Below are positions 37,681 to 51,841 of a stretch of 64,000 nucleotides of DNA, one piece after another (the stretch's first letter is position 1; each line of letters opens with the position of its first letter). Below the pieces are notes generated by a model. The model did not search any database and was not told the DNA's origin. It was given only the letters and a program-made list of their open reading frames with translations. The position numbers and the translations under genes were made by a program. The DNA is from Moniliella sp. 'wahieum' (lineage: Eukaryota). The DNA is taken from positions 744,001 through 808,000 of the forward strand of contig RSEE01000010.1 in assembly GCA_003971905.1 (NCBI GenBank). Reading direction: 5' to 3'.

Positions 37681-39969
37681 ATGACCTCGCAACCGCATAC
37701 TAACGATGCGCAGGAGGACGCTATTCGTCCAAATCCGAACACCGTCCCCACCACCTCCCCTCCGCCTACGTACTCCCCGCCGACGTCTCCGACCAACCAT
37801 GGGCGCAGACGTAGCATCCCTGCGACTGCCATCAGTTTCCTCTTCCGACCTGGCGACATGACAGACCAGACGGCTCCCCCACCCGAGGCACTGGACATGG
37901 GCCGTGTGGGTACGACAGGAACAGCTGCCACGGTTGCCACGGCTGCCAGCCAGCCAACTGAATTCCCCGAAGAGAAGCCTCCTGAGTGGCATGAAGATCC
38001 ACTCCCCCAGCGCCTGGGTCACTCGGAAACCTCCCGCGAGAAGGCCGAAGCTCCAAACCAGGGTGCTGTGGAGGATGCAGGACTGACGGCATTCCAGTAC
38101 CCCGATGGACGAGTTAAGATTCACCACCCGGGGCTGGGCGAGCGGTGCGGACTATTATCCACACGAGATCAAGCGTATCGGGGGCAAAAACGATCTGCTC
38201 AAGTCGAATGCCGAAAAGGCAATTGAAGGAGAAGCCCAACTGAAGCCCGACAGGATGGTAAGATCATTCTCAGCGAGCGAGCGGGCTACCTGGCGACCGG
38301 CTACTCTTTCCCTACCTGGAAAAAATGGATGGCTCTCTTCTTTACGGCTCTGATTCAAGTCTCGATGAATTACAACACGTCGTGTTACTCGAACGCCGTA
38401 CCGGGAATCGTGAGAAGTTTCACGTCAGCCCCCAGGCCGCGCGTGTTGGCCAAATGATTTACCTAGTCGCCTACAGCTTCGGTTGTGAGTTATGGGCGCC
38501 GTGGTCAGAGGTTTATGGCAGGAAACCCATCCTCCAGCTATCTTTGACACTTGTCAACAGTGCGTATGATCCCCCCGTCCTCCCACAGACTGCTGCTCTC
38601 TCTCTGAGAGTATGTATCGCTGACTTGTTGGGATTTCGGTAGGCTTCACTATTTTGGCAGCATTGGCGCCCAACTTTGGTTCAATTGTCGTGGCTCGTTT
38701 CTTCGTTCTGTGGTCTCTTTACAGCCAATGGCGGTGTAACGCTCGCCGTGGTAGCCGACTTGTTTGAGCCAGACGAGCAGCAGTACGCTCTGGCGTTCAT
38801 GGTGCTCTTCTCGTGTTTTGGCGTTTCTGGTGGCGCGTTTATCGGTGGCTTTGTTGGCATGCCAGGCGTGCCCCTTGTGTGGAATTTCTGGGTTCAACTC
38901 TGCTTTAACGGTCTCGTTCAACTTCTCCATTTTTCATCGTACCCGAAACGCGATCCACTATCCTTCTTGACCGTGAGGCCCGTCGCCGTCGCCGTGCCGG
39001 TGAGGCAAACATTTGGGGGCCTGACGAGGCAAAAGGGAGCCTCAACATCAAATCTCTGGCGACCCATTGGATCCGTCCGTTTGAGATGTTTGTCCGGGAG
39101 CCTATCGTCCTCTTCTGTTCTCTCCTTTCGGGCTTTAGCGACATGCTCATCTTTATTTTCAAGAGAGTTTCAGCTTGGTCTTTGGTCAGTGGAAGTTTGG
39201 TGTGATCGAGGTGGGCCTCGCTTTCATTCCCGTCCTTCTCGGCTACGTTATCGCTTGGGCAATCTATTTGCCGCGCTTTGCTTGGGAGCTTAAGCAACGC
39301 AAGCGCGACCGGCACGCGCTTATGCCCGAGGCCCGTCTGGTATTGCTTCTCTTCCTATGCCCTTGGGAGACAATGGGACTGTTTGGTTTTGCCTGGACTT
39401 CGCTCGGCCCACGCCACTCCCACTGGATTGCTCCCATGATCTTCAGTGCGCTCATCTCGATGGCGAACTGGTCGATCTACTTTGCCAGTATGTTTTTTTT
39501 TCTACCGTTCAATGTGGCTCCACAGTTTCTGACGTCTTTGTTCCAGGTTGATTATATGATTGCAGCTTACGGTCCATACAGGTCGTTCACGTTTCGTACA
39601 TCCTTTGAGAGGTTGAATATCTGTTACTGACACCGAACTCTCCACAGTGCCAGCGCGTGCGGAGGAAATGCCCTTGCGCGCGATTTCCTCGCAGGCATTT
39701 CCGCCATGTTTGCTGTGCCCATGTACGACAAGATGGGTTACGAGTGGGCGACAACCTTACTTGCTTTCGCTTCGGTCCTGATCATCTTCCCGATCTATAT
39801 TCTTTACCTCAAGGGCCCCACGGTGCGGGAGAGATCGATCTTTGCCCAAACTCTGGCCGCTGGGCGAGAGCGGAACGACGGTAAGAACGTCGACTATGAT
39901 GAGGATGTGGAAGCGGGCACGGTCTACACTCGCCGCAGGAGGATCACGCCGACGGTGTCGGTCGCGTAA
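37681..39969 (+). CDS. MFS transporter, DHA1 (drug/polyamine:H+ antiporter)-like; introns near 38560-38643, 39488-39546, 39582-39647
   Basis: GQMIYLVAYSFGCELWAPWSEVYGRKPILQLSL, VADLFEPDEQQYA, PFEMFVREPIV, PEARLVLLLF, HWIAPMIFS, DYMIAAYGPYSASACGGNALARD, MYDKMGYEWATTLLAF. Confidence 0.93.
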
Positions 39970-40712
39970 TTGCCTGTTTTCTCCTTTTACCTATCGCCCT
40001 TTTGGGGCTCTTTGTTCCGATGTCATAGCCACTCCCCTGTTAGTTTGGCTCCCCCCACCTCGTTTGTATATGTATCCTCTTCTAAACACGTCTACACACA
40101 TCGTATAATTCCCCTTTTCATTCTCATCGATGGTATATAGTCTTCTCGCGAGTATCATCAGATATCGTATTACCTGTTGTAACGATGTGAGCCCCCGGAC
40201 GATCATAACATTGCCTGACGGAACCGAAAGTGAGCCAGGCCTCTAACTTGTCGGCCAAGAGGATTTGGCGTAGGTCTGAAGGGCGAGTTTCAAACCAAAT
40301 AGTCGTCCCCTCTGCCTTATTGCTGGTGGTATCCTCCCTCTGTACTGAATCCTAGCGAGGCCGTTGTGCATCATCGTATTCTCATCATTTGAACTCTTTA
40401 CCCTCTCCACTGTACGGCATTAGTCATCCGACAATTGTCCGACAAATTTATGCTTCTGCCACTCCCTTTTTTCGTCGCGCTCTCCCTATAATAGCCAAGA
40501 TTGGAGAGGGGGTTGGGTCTTTATTCAACACGATGGAGGAAAAGTTTTTGATAGCGACGCCGTCAAGAAGTTTCATATTCGCAAAATACTGGAGCTCCGA
40601 CAGACACTCCGATACTGCTTGGGGGTATCGCCGGGGACTGCTTGGAAAAGTATTGGCTGCGTCAGACCATTTCAGCTGCTTGCCACCATGTCCAGTTCGC
40701 TTGTCGGCGCCC

Positions 40713-41500
40713 ATGTCCACCCCCGATTCTGACACGGAAAGTTCGCTCTTTGGGGATGATTCCGAGTGCGACTCAGAACACGAGCAGGGCACCCATCGCC
40801 TTGCAGTGGGGGCAGAAGCGTCCCCCGCCCTTGTGGCTGAGCAGGTGACCTTCCCGCTGGGTTTGGGAGATGGATGGACATGGCCTAGTTGGCTGCCCGA
40901 GATCAAGGGGTTGTACTACCTGCCGAATGTGCTTAGCCTGGACGTCCAAGGCGCAGTGCTGGATTCCCTGGTCGCGGCGGACTTGCTGGATAAGACGCGG
41001 GACCAAGCCATGGTGTTCCCGCAATGGGACGGAGGCTTGCCGTGCTGGGCTGAGACGCTTGTTGGGCATCTGAAGGAGGGTCTGTGCGGCTTGCCAGAGG
41101 ACGTGTACCAGCTCCTGTTCCCACCGGCGGGGGAGGCGCGCCGGTTGCGGCAGCTCATCGTAAATGCGTATGCACCAGGACAAGGGATCCGGGACCACGT
41201 CGACCTGCTGGACCGGTTTGACGACGGAATCATTGTGTGCAGCCTGCTGGGGCCGATTGCGATGGACTTGCGCAAGATCGACGGGGACGAGGCCGCGGCG
41301 CTGTATCTGCGGCCGGGATCGGTGCTGGTGATGGCGGCGGAGGCACGGTACGGATGGACGCATGGCATTGCGGCGCGGCCATCGGACTGGGTGCGGCGGC
41401 GGCGTGCGAGGAGGAGGAGGCGGTGCACGCCGCGGCCCGGCAGCCGCGCCTGTCGGTGACGCTGCGCTGGATGCGTGATGAAGGCGAGGTGTTGCGGTGA
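40713..41500 (+). CDS. AlkB-family 2-oxoglutarate/Fe(II) dioxygenase
   Basis: QLIVNAYAPGQGIRDHVD (HxD), SLLG, LRPGSVLVM..EARYGWTHGI (distal H), RLSVTLR after one frameshift. Confidence 0.9.
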
Positions 41501-42132
41501 GATTGCAATGGAACACGGAGTGTGCATTGAACATTGAACATTGAACATTGGGCAGTGAACGTTAACACCAGACAGACGGCGCCGCACACGGCTGCTGGTC
41601 ACGCGGTCACGTGTGTCCGATCTTGAAACACTCCCCGATGGGCGCGCTGAGGCGCTGCAGCCTCAGCCTGGGCGCGGAGGGCGGGGGCGCAGGCACGGGG
41701 GCAGTGGTCGCCTGCTGCCCGCCCTGGGCGGCGACCCACTTTTGATGCGTTTGAACTGCAATCCTAATCGGCCGCCGCCACCGCGCGCCCACGTCCGCAG
41801 CCTGCCGCAGCCCCCTAAGGCCCAGGAGCCGCCCCCCCACCACCACCCTCAACCATGCATGCCGCTCCCCCACCGCCTGCCATCGCCCCCTCCGACGCCG
41901 AGTCCAGTGCCGCTGGTGCCCGCCGCGTCCCCTCTCCCCGAGTGGCCGGCCATCCTCACTCCTTTTCCCCTCCAAGCCTCCGCCCCCACCCCCGCCGCCC
42001 GCTTCGCCCGCCCCCACTCGCCAGCGCGCCCACGCTCTTCCTCCCGCAACCCGTCCCGCTCACCCTCCCCGTCTCGCTCTCGCTCCACATCGCCCACCCT
42101 CCGCTTCGTCCGCCTTTGCCTCCGCCCGCTCC

Positions 42133-44945
42133 ATGTCCGACGACGAGCACCGCCCCCTTGACCCCGCCCAGAGCTCTGGCAAACTCAAGTCGGGCCCATC
42201 CTCCTTTGCTGCTGCTGCTACCGCTCCTCATACCACCTTCGCCACCCTTCCACACGAGATTCTACTCCAGATCCTGCGCCATGTCCAGGCAGCCAGTCCT
42301 GCTGATCTCAACCAATGCCTTGTTGCCAACCGCCACTGGTGCTCGGCCGCCCTCGGACTGATCTGGTACAGCCCACCTTCTACACTCCCCGCCTTTGATC
42401 GCATGGTGTCTGTTTTGGCTCACGCCTCATGCCAACCGTTGGCTACTCCGCTCCAGTCTGCCCTCGCACTCCTCCAGCTCTCGATCATGCTCGACAAGAG
42501 TCGGCCTCTTCCACCGCCACTGCTGCTGGACCCACACTCGAGCCCGTGCCCACTGGGCTGGATGTCATTGCACCTCCAGACGAGCCTGGTTTGATGACAG
42601 AAGTGCTCCCGCCACAGTTACATCCGAGACGGGCACCCCACTTGCACCCCCACTTGATTTGGTTTCTTTCCTCCTCTTCCGTCTTCCCTCACTTCAGCCT
42701 CCGTCTCTACCACCTCATTATCTCCCAATGGCGGGAACCCGAACGGCAACAAGCCATGTTTCCCACATGAGTATGTGCGCCGAATCAACTGCTCTCCGAT
42801 TGCGAAAGACCTGGTTGGTCCACGCGCTGATGCATTCCGCGCTTTGGGAGTTGCCTCTGGCTGGAACGCCTCACACTGGCCGGGGCAAAAAACTGCCCGA
42901 TCAAGTGTTGCGCGCAGTGCTCCCCCAGTGCACCACCCTCGTCGCCATCGACCTCACCGACGTGGCGGAGTTGACCGATGAGACTTTGACGGCGATCGCC
43001 CACGCTTGTCCCCACCTCCAGGCATCAATGACCAACTGCGCCCGTTGTGTCAAGCAAAAGGAATTGTCCCTCTGGCGCTCTCTTGCCCGCTCTGCGTAGG
43101 GTCAAGTTGGGGAATTGTGTTTTGATTGACGATCATGCGTCGTTGCGCTCGCCCGCAATTGTCGCCATCTTCTCGAGGTCGATCTGACGGGTGCACCGAG
43201 GTCACAGACGTGGGTCTTGCCCCTCTGGAGGCATACCCATGTGCTCCGTGAGCTCAAGTTGACGGGCTGTGCCAGCCTCACTTCTACTGGATTTCCGGCC
43301 CATGATGCAGGCCTGATACGGCGCTCCAATATCCTTTCCAATGGCATTGTGCTCGACAATGAGCAAGGACTATTACAGAGCGGCGAACAAATCCAACTTC
43401 TTGACGAGGATGATGTGTCGCACGACTTCACTGTGTTCCTTGACTCCAATACTCTCTACCCATCTGCCACTCCCACTCGTCCTGCTCCCACAATGCCCGA
43501 GACCACTCTCGTTGAAAGGTGTGCGCAAGCATTAGGCCCTCTCCTCCTTTGGTGCGCCCCCCGAGACCTTCCCGCATTTTTGAACAGCTGCGCATCCTCG
43601 ATCTTGGTAACTGCTCTCAAATTACCAACTCGGCCGTGGAGGGTATCATTAACCACGCTCCCAAGTTGCGCAACTTGGTCCTTGCTAAGTGCTCGCTCTT
43701 AACCGACGACTCTCTCTACACCATTTCGCGGTTGGGCAAGAATTTGCATTATCTTCACCTGGGACGGTGCGAAAAGTATGAGGCTCCTCCTGCACCCACG
43801 GGAATGATCACTGACATGTGTTTCCTGCAGAATTACTGATCGAGCAGTGAAGTATTTGGCGCACAACTGTACGAGGCTACGGTATATTGACTTGGCCTAC
43901 TGTCCTCAACTGACCGACGAGGCTGTGCGCGAAATTGGACTAAACTTGCCCAAGTTGCGTCGGATTGGGCTTGTCAAAGTGCAGGGTCTGACCGATGCCG
44001 CGCTCGTCTCCCTCGTGGAGCGACACACCTCACTCGAGCGGATCCATCTCTCGTACTGCGATAGGTTGACCGTACCTGGTGTATTCTATACCGTGCTCAA
44101 GCTCCCCAAGCTCACCCCCTCTCTTACAGGGGTCCCAGCGTTCCGCAAAAAGGAGTTGCAGCGCATGTGCCGAGCCCCCCCGCCCGAGTTCAACGAACAC
44201 CAACGGGCCACCTTCTGTGTCTACTCAGGACGAGGCGTGCATTCGCTTCGCGAACACCTTTCCCGCCTGTACATTGTCTGGCGACGCTTCTTCTCCCCGT
44301 CTCCTGCGGTGCAAGGGGGGGATTCTCAAGCGCGGCTGTATGAGGAGGCAAAGGCCGCTGTCGTCTTACCCAGATCTCCGTCCCCATGGAAGGGGAGCGG
44401 CTGAGGATGTGTTCTCGCGTGCAGCGCGACAAGCGGCTACCACGCTTGGTCTCGACCACATCCGGATCCCTGCTTCCAAAGGCATGCCATCCCTTCCCCC
44501 ATCTCGGGCGCCGGGCCCCGACTCAGCCGAGCCTAGCACGGTTGCGCTGCTCATGTCCCTCGTTCGGCCCCAAGATGTGATGCGAACGTGAGCTCTCCGG
44601 TGCCGGTCTATGTACCAGAGAATACAGCAGCGATGCGGGTTGCCCAGGCGTACCGTTCTGGGCTGATTGAGCCGGAACAGGAGGACCACGGATGGGCTCG
44701 TCCGCTCATACGCTAGCGCAGGCCCAAATGAACTTGCGCCTCTTTGGTCCGTTGCCCTTCCGTCCCCGCGTGAGACCACCCGGCCTCCGTCTCAGGCCTC
44801 GCTACAGGCCCCGGCCCAAGCTCAGGCGCCAGGGCTCGCTCAAGCTCCTTCGCGCGCGGCTCAATGGGCTCTTGACCCCGATCTGGTTGCCCGATTGGAT
44901 CGTGTGCTCCGTGGTGAAAGCCCCCTCGTCCACTCTAAACCATAA
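42133..44945 (+). CDS. GRR1: F-box/leucine-rich-repeat SCF substrate receptor; intron 43776-43830; 3' end approximate
   Basis: F-box LPHEILLQILRH..LNQCLVANRHWCSAALGLIWYSP; LRRs FEQLRILDLGNCSQIT, APKLRNLVLAKCSLLTD, CTRLRYIDLAYCPQLTD, LPKLRRIGLVKV, SLERIHLSYC, SLTGVPAF, PEFNEHQRATFCVYSG. Confidence 0.93.
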
Positions 44946-45173
44946 ACCAACTCTTCCTTTCCCCCTTGGCCTTGGCCTTCGTTTCGTCTGGCATTGATCA
45001 TCTCACACTTCCTTTGATTCGATCCTATCCACTTTGTAGCTTGAGCCGCTTGGACTTACGAATAGTTGATACATATGTTGGTTTCCTGCATGGAGGGGGG
45101 ATGTACGATCAAGACAATGCTCAAAAGGGGGAGCCAGAGGTCATGATCATGAAGAAAGGAATTGGGCACTGGC

Positions 45174-48100
45174 TTAGCCCCACCAGCCATCGTCGTCCTG
45201 ACTGATGGTGCCACTCGTCGACCAGTCGTAGAGTTGCGTCGCAGGCTGGGCTTCCATGCTCGGAACTTCCTCCTGGGGGGTTGCGTGTTTGGTCGCAGCA
45301 GGGGCGCTTTGTTGTTGTTGGTACCCACGAGCGTCGTCTTGGGTGGCTCGAGTTGGGCCCGCAACGCTTTGACCTCCGCCCGGGCCGCCTCGAGCTCAGC
45401 ACGTAGCCGGTCTGCCTCACCGTGGTCCTTCTCAGTTTCAGAGTTATGGGACTTGCGCAACAGTGCGGCTTCCTCCTCAGCCAGGGCCAATCGGCCCTCG
45501 AGTTTCTTCTGATCGCTGGAGCGAAGCTGAAGGGCAAACAAAGGTCAGCCACAGCTTGATGTCAACAAACCGAGAGACAAAAACCTACCTCGTCTTTCAT
45601 GCGCACCATTTCTAGTCCCGCTCCAACTCGTTGTGTGAGCAATCTTGTCCGTCGTTGCCCAGGCGCTGCTGAGCTGAGGCGGCCAGTTGCTTTTGAGTAC
45701 TCAATGCCTGGACCAAGCCTCTGACTTGCACCTCCATCTCCTTCACCCGGGATTGGGCCACACTCAGTGCGCCCTGTGCCGTCGCAGCTTTCTCCTCGGC
45801 CGTGGTCACGTCGCTGGCGGCACGCGCCCGTACCGCTGGGCATCATCAACATACGCATCCAAGCGGCCATGGGCTTCTTCGGCTTCCTTACTCGTCCGCT
45901 CCAGGCGGCACGCAAGTCGTTCTCTTCGTTTTGCGCACTGGCCCGTTCCATCGCCCGCTCGTCGCGTTCCCGTTCCAAGGCGCGCATATCCTCCACCCTT
46001 GCCTCGGCCAGTGAGGCAGAGGATTGGGCGCGCGACAGGTCGGCCTCAGCAATGACCATCCGGCGCGGATCTCGTCCCCCGCACGCTCGGCTGTGGCGTG
46101 CCTCCACTGCATCCCTCAGACGGGACTGAGCGTCACGCAGTTGCTCCGTGGCGGCGGTAGCGCTGGTCTGGGCCGTCTCGAGGACGGTTCTCAAGATCCT
46201 CCACTTCCTCTTTGATCATCGCAACATATTGGTTGGTTGCGTTGAGCTCGGTCTTGGCTTGTTGGGCTTCCGTGCTGGCTTTGACCTGTGCCTTGGACGC
46301 CGCCTCGAGTGCATCGGCCCGTTTCAAAGCCATCTCCTCCAATTCCGAGATGCGCACCTGGGCCGCATGGTTCGCATCCGCCACGTGCATCAGCCGCTCA
46401 AGAATCAGGGCTTGGGTGTGGGTTTCCTGGGTCGCCGTCAAAAACACGCCCGTCTTGGCCGCCAGTGACGCCGGCAGGGCTCGCAGCGAACCGCCAATTC
46501 ACCTTGTTGAGCCAACAGTTCCTTGCCAAGCCGCCACGTTCGCTCCTGCGCGCTCACCAGGGGATCCAACCGGTCTACCACTGGGTCCAAATTTAACCCC
46601 CCCTTGGCCCGCAGCTCAGCGGCAAGCACTTTGGCCAACTCTGCAGCGCCTCTGGTGTAAATCCGTTTTCTCCTCCGCCTCAGCCACATCTTGCACCGTT
46701 GTCGCGGCGGTAGCTGTATCGAACGAGTCCGAGTCCCGCTGATGACGCGAAAGAGAGGAGGTGCTGCTTTCTATCGAATTGTTGAGGGGAAGGAAAGTGA
46801 GTGGGGGCAGCGACAGACGGCGTAGCGCCGCTTCGCGCGCCTCGTCCGCATCGTGCACCTGCGCTTGGAGATGAGCTTGCATTTGCAGCTGGATTGTGAG
46901 CGTAGATCGGCACGCAAGTGGCCCACCACAGATTCGGCAATCTGTTCGGGTAGGGTGTCGTGTTGCCCCTCGAGCACGGGGACAAGTGCAGTGAGCACCC
47001 GCGCCGCCAACACTTCGCCATCGATGTGATGGTCCGGGCCCGAAGGGTCCAGCTGCGGCTGGAGTGCAGCCACAATACTAGCTTGGACCTGTTCGGCCAC
47101 CCCTTGGCCCGCCCGTTCCAATGCCTGTTTTGCCGCGTCAAACTGACCCGGCACTTCTGCAGCAACTGCCTCACTGCATCATGCGTCGATGTGAACGAAG
47201 CAGTGTGGGCACGAATTGCTGCCTCCGTGTCCCCCAACATGCTCATCACCGCCGGCGACGGTTGCGCCATCGTTCGCAACACTCCACCTGGGCTGCATCG
47301 AGTGCTTCGCGCACCCGGGAGTCCAATCGGTCGGCCAATACCCCAATCTCTTCACTGACAGGCTCACCTCCAGATCACGGGGCTCGGAAGGTGGCATAGC
47401 TGCTCCACGCCATCCGCAATCAAGGTCAGCACGTCGGTTTGCAGTTCACCCACTTTGGCCCGCAGCGTTTCCTCAACATAATCAAAGTCTAGCTCGCCCT
47501 TGGCATCCTCCATTCCCTTGCCTAGTTTAGGCATTCCATGGAGTAGGAAGAGAAGGTCTCCCGCACCCCCTTCTGGACCCGGGCCAAATCATCGCCATCG
47601 GAAATAGAACCAGGTGGGGGAGAAGAGAGGGCGTAGGTGTGGACCGGCGCGTCAGAGAGGTCGGGGGCCTGCAGAGAGTGACATAGGGCCCACCGTGCCC
47701 CCGCGGTGGGATGGGTCATTTTTTGTCCGTTCAACCGCTCCTCTTCCACCCGACGCATAATCCGCCGAGCCCACCCGTCCAAACTTGAATCGAGTCGTGC
47801 CACAATCTGCTCCATCATCGCGCCATCGTCTCCCGTCTCATTTTCCCGCGCCTCACGCACAGCAATAGCAACGGGGTCATGTGGGAAGTCGTGGCCAGCG
47901 GTTCAGCTTCTGTGGTGGCACCTCATGGACAGAAAGGCGGGGGACATTGCCTTCACTCCGACGCAGCGGGTGCCCAGGCAAAGGGGCAAGCAGACGAGCC
48001 AGTCCTGCCCGTGCCGTCCAGGCCACATTTTGCACCGTGGTCGCCATACCGCTGGGGGGACTCTCCCTGGGAACAGGCACAGATGGGGAGGGTGGGGAGA

Positions 48101-50032
48101 CTGGTGCGGTAATGGGCAATCGTTCCCCTGTAACTGGTGCGGGTGAAGGTGGACAGAAGGGGGCAGGGAGGTACAAAGGTTGGGACCGACCTTCATCGAT
48201 AGAGCGGAAGCGCTTTTCGCGTCCTTGCTCGTCACTACTGGAAATGGCAATACGAGGTGCGTTGGGCGGGGGGCTGAAGGTGAAGGGTACACTAGCGATG
48301 CCCGAGGGCTCAAGGATGGCGCAATGGGCTCAAGGTTGCCCGGGCGGGGAGAGCGGGGAACGAGAGCTTTGGGCGCATGCATCGAGGATGACGAGCCCAG
48401 GCGGAAGTTAGGGGAGAGCTTGGGGCTCTTTGCATCATTGGTATAGTTGGAGGGAGCAAGGCCGCCGTGGTTGCGGTCCCTGCTTCTGCCGCTGACACGG
48501 ACGGAAGAGGCACATCGTACCCAAACCCGGCCCCCAAAGTTTGCCAAGCCGGCGAACCGACGCTGGGGGCTGCGAAGACATCGGGGGCCGGGTCTCTGTT
48601 GAGACGGGATGGGTCATCTGGCCCATTTCATGGGGCTCGGCCGTTGTGCTGGGCCAGAATCCCAAGGCACTCAACATCGATGTAGGGGCAAACCTAGGTT
48701 CGGTCGAGGTGGCACATCGGTGCCCGGGTCTGGGGAACAAGAGCTCTCCTTGTCTTGTCGAAAGTTGAATCGCCATTCCTCGTCAAACTAAGGCTCGCCT
48801 TCTTTGCGGCGCCTCCAATGCGTTGAAGGAATGACATGGTACCTGAGGGGGGGGGCCGCCTCCGACCTGCGGGTGAGAGCCACGACCAGGCTCCTGCTCA
48901 AAACTTGCTGGGTTGGCCCATGGTCCCGACAGCCAACGAGGGATGTAGTTCGTGGTCGATGCGGGCGATGGCGTCTGCGAACGTAACCCATCATAAGTTA
49001 TAGTTACTACAGATCTAAGATCAAGTTGGGGATCGACGTACCTGCACTTGGCTCTTCGATAAGGCTGGGCGAGTATCCGAGTCGTCAATGCCTTGCTTGC
49101 CGTAGGCACCATCCAAGGGAATAAGAGGCATTGTTGTTGGGGCTCAATCCCATCTGTGCCATCTGTTCCATATTCTTCAAATCGGCAGTGAGCTGGGCTT
49201 GAATGGCCAGCGCAGTGGCTCGCTCTGCTTTGTATTCTTCCCAGCATCTTGGCCCTGGAGGAAGATGTCAATCGTGTCAGGCAATCCAAGCGAAGTATAC
49301 ACAGTCATTGCTGAATGGCCTTTGGCCAATTCGGCCTCGAGTTCGGCTCGTGTGCTTCCTCAGCCGCAATAATCTGTGCAGCTTCAGTTGCTTCGACGGC
49401 TGCCTCGTCCACACCGGGATCGTCCATGTTCATCTCGCTAACCGCAGCGGCAGCCGCAGACGTCGGCCGCAGCCTCCAACAATCCGACGGGGTTGAAATT
49501 GGGGGTAGGATACAGTGGTTACCTCCTCCTCCAAAGGTTGAAAGGGCGGGAAAGAACTGTTGATCATGGGAACACGGGGGCGCCAGAGCGCTTGCACCTT
49601 CTCTTTACGGTCTTGAATAGAATCTTGCGAGAATCGAGTCAGAAGAATCACCCTCCTGCTCCTTGTCCTCATCACTTGATCCGCTTGAAGTGGATTGGGA
49701 TGCGGAATCGGAATCGGAGTCAGAGTCAGAAGCGGGATCAGAATCAGAATTGGTATCGGTATCAGACTCAATCTCGACGATGGAGGATCCAGTGGCTGAT
49801 GAGGACAGAGAGGCAGAGAAGCCAAAGAGGTGGTCCTGAGGGAGACGGACAATGTAGGACTTGCGCCGACGGACATGGCTGCTGAGAGCCATGCTGGGGG
49901 TGAGGGCGTGGTGGGGTGGCGGGGTGGTTACCATCTCTTCGACGGCAGGGGGGGGGTGGGGTGAGGCCGAGGGGCGGCCTGGGGCGGGGAGGGAGGAGTG
50001 GAGTGGGGACAGCGGGGCTGCGTGACGGACAT
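45174..50032 (-). CDS. Large hypothetical protein with acidic/Ser-rich N-terminus and long C-terminal coiled coil; introns near 48980-49041 and 45527-45588
   Basis: Continuous chain of - strand ORFs; heptad-rich segments (LEGRLALAEEEAALLRK, LRAELEAARAEVKALRAQL); canonical introns; probable C-terminus GTISQDDDGWWG-stop. Confidence 0.7.
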
Positions 50033-51219
50033 GTAGATGGGGACGGCGTCTGTCACGAGACGAGCAATGGACGCGAGGGCGACGGGCGGTGGCGCAGAGT
50101 CAAGCGGGCGGCGGCCAGCAGATGGGTGGGTGTGGGGTGGATACAGACACGGGTGCGGCGTGTGTGGGGCATCGGGACGGGAGGGATGGGAGGGGGGTGG
50201 GGCGGGGGCTGAGGCGGCGGCGGCACGCGCACCGCAGCCGCGCCAGGGCGCAGCAGAGGCGCAAGCGACCGCCAGATTATAGACTGGCCGCGCCATCGCT
50301 CGGCCGTGGCTCGTGGATAGAGTTGAGTACGATCGATCTGAGTGCGCTCGGACCGCCACCGGCTTGTCCGGCGGCTGCGCCTCGTGGCGTCTGGGACAAA
50401 GAGCGCCCGACGCAGGCCAATTCCCTCAGGATTAGATGCGGCTAAGCGCTCAGGGGCTTATGTTGAGCGTTGGACAGCACTTGGCTGATCCGCCTCTGTT
50501 CCAACCATAGCCAGCAAATCGCGTGCTTTCTTCTGCAGCCGCAGATGCTTCAGATGGGAACAGGGCCAGGCACCCCCCTAGGCATACTGTTGCTGGGAAC
50601 AGACAACAGCATCCATCAAGCAGCCTTGACGTACAGCTGCCGACGACGGCGGTAGTGGCCGTTATCTATTAACCTCGAGGCGGCCTGACCTGGCCACAGA
50701 TCTCTCCCTGGACTTTCGGAAGAAATAGTAAGGACCTTTTGAAATGTGAAAGAAAGTTGGCCCGTGTGTTGACCAAACTAACTGGTGCCAGAGTACAAAG
50801 GGTCTGTCTAGGGAAGCTGTTGTCAATCCTTCTCCCATGCAGCCTCTGGTCCTGGACAGACTCTCCCTTTTTGGACGTTGACCAGTATCGTAATGCTGCA
50901 CGTAGCTAAAAGCGATCGAGAAATCCGCTGGCTTATTGCAACAGTCCACGCTAGGCTCACACTTTTGTGCCCTGGCCTCCGAAGAAAGGACAAGACATCG
51001 GGACACCTATATATAGACAATTGAGATAACAGGTCTTGCGTTTTCCGACCACAGTTGAATACGAATCTCCCGAGTGACTAGTCTTATGCCCGTTGCTTGT
51101 TCTTCCTTCTTCCCGAGAAATTTGGGAACAGCAAGCCGTCGTCGCTCGGCTCGATCGCTGCAGAATGGTTTTAGTAGTGCACAAGATATGTCGGCGTTCG
51201 GTTCTGACATATCCACGGA

Positions 51220-51841
51220 CTAGAAGCGTTGGCGCTGCTGTGTCTGCACGCGCGGGTCTCCCCGCTCAGCACGTTTCTTGAGCTTTTGCTGGCGCTTAGA
51301 AAGCTGCGCGTCAGGTTCTTGAACAGGCGGCGCAGGGGCAGAGGCGTGCTTCTCTCTCCTCGCAGAAGAAAGACGCGATTGGATCCCTTCCACCCAGTAC
51401 AAAGGGGACAATGGCCTTGCGATAGACGAGAAAGATAGCGTAGCAAGGCAAAAGCAGGAGAAGAAGCCAGAACTTGGTACTGATCAGAGCAGTAACCACG
51501 TGAACAAACCAGACGAGGTAAACAGCGTCCCACATGACCTGGGTCAACCCGGGCTGAGACAGTCATCGCCGGCCCGAGCCATACGGAAGAGCACCATACC
51601 GATCAACTGCTCCAACAAGGCCGATAGCCCGAACAGGACCCAATCCCGCGTCCGCATAGCGTGGGCCCCTGGCCACAGGGCCTTGAGCACCACATGTAGC
51701 ACGCCCGTGCTGAAGGAACCAATCAAGAGCCGCTTGACTGCAGCCGCGTTTTGATATGATACACGCTTGGCCGATGCCCGTGCCTGAGGCGGGGGTTAGA
51801 TCAATAGGACCGCCGTGGCCATGGCACACTCCACGTACCAT
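51220..51841 (-). CDS. SND2: SRP-independent targeting protein Snd2/TMEM208 (DUF788); intron 51784-51838 directly after ATG
   Basis: M-ARASAKR, AGDD.LS.PGLTQVMWDAVYLVWFVHV..ISTKFWLLLLLLP.YAIF, LSKRQQKLKKRAERGDPRV. Confidence 0.9.
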
